This document shows positions 1 through 8,196 of a stretch of DNA of 64,000 bases, piece after piece. Position 1 is the first letter of the stretch. Every line of letters starts with the position of its first letter. Under the pieces are notes generated by a model. The model was given only the letters and a program-made list of their open reading frames with translations, did no database searches and was not told the origin of the DNA. The position numbers and the translations under genes were made by a program. This DNA comes from an uncultured archaeon (GTDB taxonomy: Archaea > Thermoplasmatota > Penumbrarchaeia > JASLWR01): NCBI GenBank assembly GCA_964423515.1, contig CAYRFL010000002.1, positions 14,657-78,656 on the forward strand. Reading direction: 5' to 3'.

Positions 1-36
1 GTACCGTGATCGTAATGGAGAAGTGAGGTGATGAAA

Positions 37-576
37 ATGGCGAAAGAGATAGAAGGATATCCCAAATATGCACCCGGAACACATGTCTCCACAAAGGACA
101 TCGTAGATAACAAGGTCTCGTATACCTGGTGGGAACCGGAGGTCCAGTATTCGTGGAGTTTAGGTCCGGCAATGAGCAAGTTTCTTCAGGAGCTCAAAAA
201 GGGACAGCTCGTGGGGAGGAAATGCAGAAAATGCAGAAGGGTGCTGGTTCCTCCCAGAATGTTCTGCGAACTCTGCTACGGGCCCACCAGCGATTGGGTG
301 GACCTCCCAGATACCGGAATGGTGGAAACATTCTCAATCTCATACCTTGATGCGGACGCCAGAAGGATAAAGGACCCAATTTTAATAGGGGTCATATCCA
401 TCGATGGTGCCGCTCCACTACATGGTTTCATGCACTATTTCGGCGAGATGAAACCCGAGGAACTTCACATCGGAATGAAGGTGAAGGCAGTGTGGAAACC
501 TGAGGACGAGAGGGAGGGCTCCATCACCGATATAAAGTATTTCAAGCCCCTTAAGAAGAGAGGTGGTAAAAAATGA
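37..576 (+). CDS. Zn-ribbon/OB-fold protein (DUF35/ChsH2-like, acyl-CoA-binding)
   Basis: CRKC...PPRMFCELC Zn ribbon followed by an OB-fold (GMVETFS...IGMKVKAVW). GAGGTG RBS at 25-30 favours ATG 37; ATG 31 is an alternative. Confidence 0.85.
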   Translation: MAKEIEGYPKYAPGTHVSTKDIVDNKVSYTWWEPEVQYSWSLGPAMSKFLQELKKGQLVGRKCRKCRRVLVPPRMFCELCYGPTSDWVDLPDTGMVETFSISYLDADARRIKDPILIGVISIDGAAPLHGFMHYFGEMKPEELHIGMKVKAVWKPEDEREGSITDIKYFKPLKKRGGKK

Positions 577-1046
577 CGTTCCTGGAGAAACAGACCGATC
601 CCACCTCGCCAATGCACTGGCGCGGCGATATGCAGGCGGATTATCTTTATCCCAACGGCTTCGCAGGGGACAAGTTCTTCCAGCACATCAAAAAGCACGA
701 CAGCTTCCTCGCCTCACGCTGCCCCAAATGTGAAAAGGTATTCTGCCCGCCGAGACTTTACTGCGAGGACTGCTTCTGCGATATACCCGATGGGGAGTGG
801 AGAAAGGTTCCCGCGGAAGGGAATGTGAGGCTCTGGACCGTGGCCATGATAAACGCGCACGGGGAGAAGATGGAAGAACCCAAGATCATCGCCCTGATCG
901 ACATCAAGGAGACAGACAGCGCCATGCTGGGGATAATCAAGACCAAGGACCTCGAAAAGGACCTCACCGATAAGAAGGTAAAGGCGGTGTTCAGGTCCAA
1001 AAAGAAACGCGAGGGAACGCTCAAGGACATACTGTATTTCAAGTGA
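573..1046 (+). CDS. Second Zn-ribbon/OB-fold (DUF35-like) protein
   Basis: CPKC...PPRLYCEDC and KVKAVF; start overlaps the upstream stop (ATGA). Confidence 0.85.
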   Translation: MTFLEKQTDPTSPMHWRGDMQADYLYPNGFAGDKFFQHIKKHDSFLASRCPKCEKVFCPPRLYCEDCFCDIPDGEWRKVPAEGNVRLWTVAMINAHGEKMEEPKIIALIDIKETDSAMLGIIKTKDLEKDLTDKKVKAVFRSKKKREGTLKDILYFK

Positions 1047-1054
1047 GGCGTCCC

Positions 1055-1072
1055 CTTTTTTATTTTATTTTT
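1055..1072. terminator. T-rich tract at the junction of convergent genes (likely terminator for the + strand operon)
   Basis: cttttttattttattttt directly after the DUF35 stop; archaeal oligo-T terminator pattern. Confidence 0.45.
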
Positions 1073-4000
1073 CCAGCTCATCCCAGATGTTCTTATGTTC
1101 ATTTTCAGATATGCTGTAGCGCTCCCTGAAACCCTCCAGCATCTCCTCCTCCTCCGGTGAGATCATACCGTCCTTGAGAGCCCTTCTGAGCATGTTCTGA
1201 TAGTGTTTGGTGTTCTTTTCCCTCTCCTTCAGGCTGTCCTCGAGCTTCGAGAGCATGGTATCCGCGCTCCTGAAGCGGTCAGCCTTGTCCTTTTCGAGGG
1301 CGCGCAGTATCACCGCGTCTATCTCCGGCGGTATGCCCGGCCGCAGCGAGCTGGGGGGCGCCGGTATCTTCTCGATGATGTTGTGCATGATCCCTATGGG
1401 GTCTTCGGCAACAAAGGGATTCTCGCCGGTCAGCATCTCGTAGAAAACGATGCCGAGCTGGAACACGTCGGTGCTCCAGTCCACGTCACCGTACTTGGAC
1501 TGGCTGATCTGTTCCGGCGAGCTGTATATGAGGGTTCCCTTGGTGCCGATGGTCTTGGAGGCGCTCTCCGATGCCATGAACTTGCCGATGCCCCAGTCGC
1601 TGATCTTGGGTGTGCCGTCGGAGGTGAACAGGATGTTCTCGGGCTTGATATCGCGGTGTACCGATGCCATTCGATGGGCATAGGCGAATCCGGACATGAT
1701 CCCCTGTATGAGCTCGATGACCTTGTCGATCGGCAGGCGCCCTTTCTTGAGGACCTCGGCCAGGTTGCCTCCTTCCATGTATTCTATGACCATGAAGGGG
1801 ACCGGCCTAACGTCGCCGGAATAGAATTTTACGATATTCTTGTGCTTGAGCTTCTTCCAGATGTCGGCTTCCGCCCTGAACTTGTTGAGGATGGAACTGT
1901 CGATGGTCTCGTCCATGAACTTGGGCAGCTTGATTGCCACCGGCTCGCCCATGGAGTCCAGAGCCTTGTAGACCGTGGCGAACCCCCCCGAACCCAGCTT
2001 GCTCGTGATGATATAACCGGGTATAAGACCCTTCATGGTGGAAGGGACCGGAGTGAGCTCGGGTTCCTGCGGGGCGAAATCAGCGTCCTCTTCCTCACCC
2101 TCCTCATCCCAGTCGTCCTCCTCATCCCAATCATCCTCGCCGTCATCGGTTCCCCATACCTCCATCGTCTCCTCGCCGCCCCCGTCCTCATCCCACTTCT
2201 CTTCCTCATCTGCCTCTCCTTCATCCCATCCCTCCACGTCGTCGGCTGGCTCTTCATCGTCCTTTGAAGAGCTTCCTTCCGTTTCCTCATCGTCTCCGTC
2301 GACATCCTGATCCTCCTCCTCTTCACTGGCATCCTGCCCCTCCTTGTCGATGTCCATATCGCCTTCCCCGCCCTCCTTGTCCTCGGTCTCTTCTAGAGTG
2401 TCCTTCATGCCATCGTCATCCGGTCTCTTCTTCCTTTTCAGAAGGATCAATGCCACGATGGCACCGGTAACCAGCACGATCACGACCACCACTATGATGA
2501 CGGTAGACGTATTGTCGTCCCAGTCGTCCTTCTCATCTTTCGGATCTTTGGTATCGTCGTCGTCTCCCGGGGTTATATCGTCATCATCGTCATCGTCGTC
2601 TCCCGGCGTTTCCGGGGGAACATCCCTGGGTGCGAAAACGGTGAGATGGGTGACCTTTCCCCAGACTATCCTGTTCGCCGTGTCCACTCCGGTCTCCTCC
2701 GCCACCACCCAGTCCGAGCCGTTCCAGTAGTACAATTTCAGATTGCTCTCGTTGATACCCTGGGGTAGCGCGTCGTAGGCCACCTCTATATAGACCCAGG
2801 AATATGTGCCGGTTCCATCGAATGTCACGTCGATGAAGATACCTAATGTTCCCTCATCGCTTGCGCTGGTCGGTTTGCTGACCGATACGATCTCGAAGCT
2901 GCCGCTGCCGTTTATTTCTCCGTTCACGCTTACTGATACGTTCTCACCAAGGTCCACTGTTACGGGATCGGATATCACCGGGCCCGTGGAAGGGGGCGAT
3001 CCGGATTTTAGCGTGAGTGCAATGCTCGCCACCGTATCGGCGTAACCGTTCATGATGACATCTATATCGAAATCAAGGGTGGTCTCCTCGCTCACGTCGG
3101 GGGCGGCATACTTCGCTGTGAATATTCCCTTGGCTGTATCCCCGTCGGCGGTGAAGTTACCGATGCTGTGAACCAGGGTGATGGTGACCTGTGCGCCGGT
3201 GATGTTCGAGGTGGCGTTCCTGACATGAACCATGAGGGTGGTGGATTCGTTGGAATAGAGGACTGCCGGGTCTGCACTGGCCGTGACGTTGAGGGGCAAG
3301 AGAGGTGGAAGCAGGGTCAACGAAAGAGTAAAATTACCCTCGCTCCCTCCGAATATGGCCCTGAAAGATATCCCTATCTCCGTCATTCGGTCCATAGATG
3401 CGGTGGAATCGGTCAGGAGGGTGAACGCGGCCACTCCCGTCGCGTTGGTATTGGCCGCCGATGGCGTTATGCTCGCGACCCCGCCAGGATTGGAGAGAAA
3501 TGTGAATGATACGTTCGCATTCTCAAGGGGTATGTCATCCTTATCGGCCACGCTAACCTCGATGTACGCGCTCTGGCCCTTGTGGATATACTCCTTGTCC
3601 GACTCTACGGAAAGGCTCAGGTGATCCCCGGGTCGGCTGCCCTCGTGAACGAGGATGCTGAAGAACTCCACGGTGGATTCGTACTCGATGTGTGACACGT
3701 TCACCGAGAACATGAGCATTTCCTCGTCATCCACTTCCGGTGCATCGAATTCGGTAGTGAAGCGGCCTTCCATGGTCAGGCCGAACTCCGTATAGTTGAT
3801 GTCCTCGCAGGTGATACGGACCTCCGCCCCGGTGACGTTGAGATCTCCATCGGTGACCATGACCGAGATGTTGGAGCTCTCTCCGAAGTATAGCTCGTCG
3901 GGATCGGCGAACACCTCCACGAATGGCGGGAACTTCATGGGGAGTACCGTTACGGTGGCGTTGGTACTGTTCCTCATCTGGTCCTTGAAGGCGTTGAACG

Positions 4001-5372
4001 TCAGATATACCGTTTCCATCTCAAGAAGAGGAAGCTCCATACTCGTGGTGAGGTTGAACTCGAACTTTCCCTCCGCCGATGTAACACCGCTGCCGGGCTC
4101 GATATCAACGATAGAATCATTGCCCGCACTGAAATTCAACGTGGCGCCTTGGACGGGATCGCCATAGCGGTCCGATACGTTGACGGTGAGCTTCAGTTCC
4201 TCACCCTGATAGATGGTAGAATCATCCGGATCGACCTGGACGTTCATCCAGTTCGGGGGCTCGGGTACGTATGTGAACAGTTCGGATGAGGCATGCTCAT
4301 GGGCGTGGTTCTGGCCGCCGGATATGAGGATCGTACCGTTGGGCAATCGGACGGAGGAGTGATTGTACCTGAAACGGTCGTTCATCCGCCCCGCATCGGT
4401 CCAGGTGTCGGTATCGGGATCGTATATCTCGATCTGGCTTGCCAGCCAATCGTCGGTCAGGCTCGAAGAACCGCCGAAAACCGCCAACTTCCCGTCGTCC
4501 AGCTTGTGCATGGTGAAGCATTTCCTGGCCTCGTTCATCGGGCTAGCCAGGGTCCAGCTCTCCATGAGCGGATCGTATATCTCCGTGGAGTTCAACACCC
4601 CGGTCTCATTCTGTCCGCCAGCCACGAGGATCCTCCCGTCGTCCAGGATCACCGCTTCGTGCCACCACCGGGCACGGTTGAGCCTTCCCGTCTCGTTGAA
4701 CGCATCGGTTATATTATTGTAGATTTTCACAGAATTCATGGCAGCCCCGTTCTTGTTCATACCGCCAATGAGCATCGGGAATCCGTCGTGTTCCATCAGG
4801 ACCTGATGGGTCCGATAACTCTCCACCGCGTTCCCGCTTGCCTGAGCGTAATCCCATGGCCCCAGGTGCTCCTCGACCTCGACGAATCCGTAGGATACGT
4901 TGTACTGCCCCGATATCCAACCGAATATCAACACCGTTCCATTGGTGAGCATCAGTAGATCGACGTAGGTCCCGCCGCCCCAATCCGCCTGCTGGGAATT
5001 TCCGGTCAGAATGTTTATGGTGAATGTGTTCATACCCTGCTGCACCAAGGCATGAGTATCGTTGATCATTGCCCCGGAAAGGTACCCGCCCCATAATGGC
5101 GTCCCGGTCAGGGTGCGGTTGATCCATCTATTGGTCTCGTTTTTGTATACGATGGGATCGAGCGTCGACGCGTTATCGCCAAGGAGCATCACGGTTCCGT
5201 TCGGAAGTAACAGGGATATGTGCCCGCTGCGGCTAGCGGTCATATCATCTATTTCAATATTGTATAGGGTACCTATCCCTTCAACTTCCCTTGCTACAGC
5301 ACTGGGGCTGAAAACCGGAAAACCATGGCAAATCAATATTAATATCAGTATAACGGGGAGCATCCTTCTCAT
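1065..5372 (-). CDS. Transmembrane receptor-type Ser/Thr protein kinase (signal peptide, Kelch propeller, Ig-like repeats, TM, acidic linker, Hanks kinase, short C-terminal helical module)
   Basis: Kelch motifs (RWWHEAVILDDGRILVAGG, SSTEIYDP-like); TM VIIVVVVIVLVTGAIVALILL followed by KRKKR; kinase motifs GSGGFATV, VAIK, HRDIKPEN, DWG, SPE, DVFQLG. Confidence 0.9.
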   Translation of the reverse strand: MRRMLPVILILILICHGFPVFSPSAVAREVEGIGTLYNIEIDDMTASRSGHISLLLPNGTVMLLGDNASTLDPIVYKNETNRWINRTLTGTPLWGGYLSGAMINDTHALVQQGMNTFTINILTGNSQQADWGGGTYVDLLMLTNGTVLIFGWISGQYNVSYGFVEVEEHLGPWDYAQASGNAVESYRTHQVLMEHDGFPMLIGGMNKNGAAMNSVKIYNNITDAFNETGRLNRARWWHEAVILDDGRILVAGGQNETGVLNSTEIYDPLMESWTLASPMNEARKCFTMHKLDDGKLAVFGGSSSLTDDWLASQIEIYDPDTDTWTDAGRMNDRFRYNHSSVRLPNGTILISGGQNHAHEHASSELFTYVPEPPNWMNVQVDPDDSTIYQGEELKLTVNVSDRYGDPVQGATLNFSAGNDSIVDIEPGSGVTSAEGKFEFNLTTSMELPLLEMETVYLTFNAFKDQMRNSTNATVTVLPMKFPPFVEVFADPDELYFGESSNISVMVTDGDLNVTGAEVRITCEDINYTEFGLTMEGRFTTEFDAPEVDDEEMLMFSVNVSHIEYESTVEFFSILVHEGSRPGDHLSLSVESDKEYIHKGQSAYIEVSVADKDDIPLENANVSFTFLSNPGGVASITPSAANTNATGVAAFTLLTDSTASMDRMTEIGISFRAIFGGSEGNFTLSLTLLPPLLPLNVTASADPAVLYSNESTTLMVHVRNATSNITGAQVTITLVHSIGNFTADGDTAKGIFTAKYAAPDVSEETTLDFDIDVIMNGYADTVASIALTLKSGSPPSTGPVISDPVTVDLGENVSVSVNGEINGSGSFEIVSVSKPTSASDEGTLGIFIDVTFDGTGTYSWVYIEVAYDALPQGINESNLKLYYWNGSDWVVAEETGVDTANRIVWGKVTHLTVFAPRDVPPETPGDDDDDDDDITPGDDDDTKDPKDEKDDWDDNTSTVIIVVVVIVLVTGAIVALILLKRKKRPDDDGMKDTLEETEDKEGGEGDMDIDKEGQDASEEEEDQDVDGDDEETEGSSSKDDEEPADDVEGWDEGEADEEEKWDEDGGGEETMEVWGTDDGEDDWDEEDDWDEEGEEEDADFAPQEPELTPVPSTMKGLIPGYIITSKLGSGGFATVYKALDSMGEPVAIKLPKFMDETIDSSILNKFRAEADIWKKLKHKNIVKFYSGDVRPVPFMVIEYMEGGNLAEVLKKGRLPIDKVIELIQGIMSGFAYAHRMASVHRDIKPENILFTSDGTPKISDWGIGKFMASESASKTIGTKGTLIYSSPEQISQSKYGDVDWSTDVFQLGIVFYEMLTGENPFVAEDPIGIMHNIIEKIPAPPSSLRPGIPPEIDAVILRALEKDKADRFRSADTMLSKLEDSLKEREKNTKHYQNMLRRALKDGMISPEEEEMLEGFRERYSISENEHKNIWDELEK

Positions 5373-5621
5373 TATCTCACCTTGTTTTCATCGTACCTGT
5401 TGGAAGAGATATATATGTGATAATATGAAAAACAACATGCGTTTGATGATATTTATTTTAATCGGCAGAGGGGGCACATCAGTTTAGGTAGAATGGCGAA
5501 AGTGTATGGCGATAATGTGTGAAAATGATGGGAAAACGAGATAGATCAACCGCAGAAATCTGCTGGATGAACGAAGAAAAAAACAGGTTTGGGAGGAATC
5601 TCCCCCCAAACCGCAGTCGTA

Positions 5622-7340
5622 TTAGAAAAGACCCAGCGTCTTGCCGTTCTCATCGATGTCCACGTACTCGGAAGCGGGATGCGAAGGCATTCCGGGCATG
5701 GTCCTCATCTCGCCGCAGAGCGGATAGAGGAAACCCGCACCGGCCGCCGGCCTTATGTCCCTCACGGGCAGTATGTAGCCGGAAGGCGCTCCGGTCAACT
5801 TCGGGTCATGGGATATGGACAGATGGGTCTTGGCTATGCAGATGGGAAGCTTGTCGAGGCCCCACTTGGTGTAGAGCTTTATCTTTTCCTCTGCCAGCTC
5901 GCTGAACTCAACGCCGTCCGCCCTGTATACCTCCCTTGCCAGCGTTTCGATCTTCTCCTTGATCGATGCGTCGTCCGGGTAGAGAAGTCGGAAGTTGTTG
6001 GGCATCTCGCAGGCTTCAACTACCGCCTTTGCAAGCTCCGTTCCTCCAGCGCCGCCGTCAGCATGCACCGTGACCGGTATGCAGCTAGCTGCGCCGGCCT
6101 TCTTTGCCTCCTCGATGACCGCTTCCACCTCTGCGTCGGTATCGGCCGCGAACCGGTTCACACAGACCACCACGGGCACGCCGAACTTCTTCATGTTCTC
6201 TATGTGCACCGCAAGGTTGCAGCATCCTTTCCTGACCGCCTCGACGTTCTCTCCCCAGAGTATCTCCGGAGGTGGCGTCTTGCCCGGTGGGAACTCGTAG
6301 CCTCCGCCGTGCATCTTCAATGCCCTGATGGTGGAGTTGAGAACGACACAGTCGGGTTTCAGGCCCGAGGACCTGCATTTAATATTGAACAGTTTCTCCG
6401 CACCGCAGTCGGCCGCGAAGCCGCTCTCGGTGACCACGTAGTCGGCCAGCTTCAGGGCGATCCTGTCCTCGATAACGGAGTTGTTGCCGATGGCAATGTT
6501 CGCGAAGGGGCCGGAATGCATGAAGCAGGGGCCGCCTTCCAGCGTCTGGATCAGGTTCGGTTTGATGGCTTCCTTCATGATAACGGTCATTGCGCCGGCT
6601 GCCTTGACCTGTTCTGCAGTTACCGGTTCGCCGTCCTTGTTCGTGGCAACGATGATCCGGCCCATTCTCTTCCTCATGTCCTGAAGGTCGTTGGCAAGTG
6701 CGAGTATTGCCATGACCTCGGAGGCCACCGTGATGTCCACGCCGGTCTCCCGGGGATACCCTTCGATATCATGCCGGGATTGCGTACCGATCGTGACGGT
6801 GGTCTGGGCGGAGTCGTTCAGGTCCACCACGCGTCTCCAGGATATGGTGCTCGGATCGATATTAAGCTCGTTCTTTCTCCTGAACCGGGGATGGAATACC
6901 TGGTTGTCGATGGCTGCGGCCAGTAGATTGTTGGCTACACCCACAGCGTGAATATCTCCCGTGAAGTGCAGGTTGATATCCTCCATCGGGAGAACCTGGG
7001 AGTATCCTCCTCCGGCGGCTCCCCCCTTGATGCCGAACACGGGTCCCATTGATGGTTCCCTCAGGGCGCATATCACGTTCTTGCCGATCTTCCTGAGTGC
7101 CTGGCTCAGGCCAACATTTATGACCGTCTTTCCCTCACCCAGCGGTGTGGGTGTAATCGCGGTTACGTCGATGTATTTTCCGTCGGGCCGGTCCTTGAAC
7201 TTCTCGAGGACCTCGAGCTTGACCTTGGCCTTGTACTTGCCGTAAAACTCGATATCATCCTCGGTAAGCCCCAATTCCTTGGCCACGTCAATAATTGGCC
7301 TCATTGTAGCTTCCTGTGCGATCTCTAGATCCGATTTCAT
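5622..7340 (-). CDS. fhs: Formate--tetrahydrofolate ligase
   Basis: TAITPTPLGEGKT, GIKGGAAGGGYSQV, INLHFTGDIHA, GPFANIA, TMPGMP signatures; GGAGG RBS. Confidence 0.97.
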   Translation of the reverse strand: MKSDLEIAQEATMRPIIDVAKELGLTEDDIEFYGKYKAKVKLEVLEKFKDRPDGKYIDVTAITPTPLGEGKTVINVGLSQALRKIGKNVICALREPSMGPVFGIKGGAAGGGYSQVLPMEDINLHFTGDIHAVGVANNLLAAAIDNQVFHPRFRRKNELNIDPSTISWRRVVDLNDSAQTTVTIGTQSRHDIEGYPRETGVDITVASEVMAILALANDLQDMRKRMGRIIVATNKDGEPVTAEQVKAAGAMTVIMKEAIKPNLIQTLEGGPCFMHSGPFANIAIGNNSVIEDRIALKLADYVVTESGFAADCGAEKLFNIKCRSSGLKPDCVVLNSTIRALKMHGGGYEFPPGKTPPPEILWGENVEAVRKGCCNLAVHIENMKKFGVPVVVCVNRFAADTDAEVEAVIEEAKKAGAASCIPVTVHADGGAGGTELAKAVVEACEMPNNFRLLYPDDASIKEKIETLAREVYRADGVEFSELAEEKIKLYTKWGLDKLPICIAKTHLSISHDPKLTGAPSGYILPVRDIRPAAGAGFLYPLCGEMRTMPGMPSHPASEYVDIDENGKTLGLF

Positions 7341-7717
7341 CGTTTCCCTCCTTGTCTAGTTCATTGATTTCCGCAAAATTCGATTCTCTGATAATAGATA
7401 TTCAGCTGAGTGGCGCCCATTATTGCCCAAATGATATTTAAGATTTTATACATCATGGCATATGTATACTAACCACGGCGTAGTGACGTAATGGCATCCG
7501 GGGATTTGTTCTTTTTTTTCCGCGCCAGAGCGCTTATCAAAGCTCAACAAAGATTAAATAAGAAGATACGATTCATGTTCGGGAAAGGTCCGAACGCGAG
7601 CGACAAGCGGTAAATAGACGGTCCGACCGATCGTTTGACCGGCTGAGCTTGCCCGAATATCGGGGATCCCGATCCGCGCTCGGAAATGAAATAGCGAAGC
7701 TACAGTTGGCGGGAAAC

Positions 7718-7987
7718 ATGGTAGAAAAGAAAACGAAGGATGAAAAGACGCAAATCGTTTCGTTCAGGAAGCCGTTCCTCATTGGATTGTTCATCTTCTC
7801 CATAGTCTGCGTGCCCATTCTGGTGATGGGAACGCTCATTCTTCCACTCAATGACTGGTTATCCCTGTCCGAACCGTTGGAACTTTCTCGATGGGTGTTA
7901 TACGGCGCCATTACAGGTCTTCTTCTGGCGTTCGTTCTGTCCATTCTTTTTGCACGAAGCATCTCGCCCGAGAAGAGGAAGGAATGA
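7718..7987 (+). CDS. Small hypothetical membrane protein (2 TM)
   Basis: Two hydrophobic stretches; start uncertain (TTG 7649 or ATG 7718). Confidence 0.55.
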   Translation: MVEKKTKDEKTQIVSFRKPFLIGLFIFSIVCVPILVMGTLILPLNDWLSLSEPLELSRWVLYGAITGLLLAFVLSILFARSISPEKRKE

Positions 7988-8196
7988 GTTGTCGGTCGAC
8001 CTCTTTCCGTTAGTCGGTATGATCTTGGTGTGATCGTAATCCAATATCTCCAGCGATGCCGCTGAAAAACAGTGTGTATAGGTGGCCAAAGAACAGATGG
8101 ACAACATTTTAAATAGTACGAATTGATTAATGGAAAAATCCAAAATCCGAAGGAATGATTCTGGTATTAATAAAAAGGTATATACGAGGTGAAAGG

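Noticed and set aside
5589-6926. Long antisense and alternate-frame ORFs (also 1203-2267, 10102-11247, 22663-23640, 41040-42056, 51208-52704, 63010-63930)
   Set aside because: Shadows of well-supported genes in GC-rich coding DNA, with no motifs.
7573-7717. Possible structured leader or 12-codon uORF upstream of the small membrane protein
   Set aside because: Only short hairpins, no recognisable riboswitch and no second copy.
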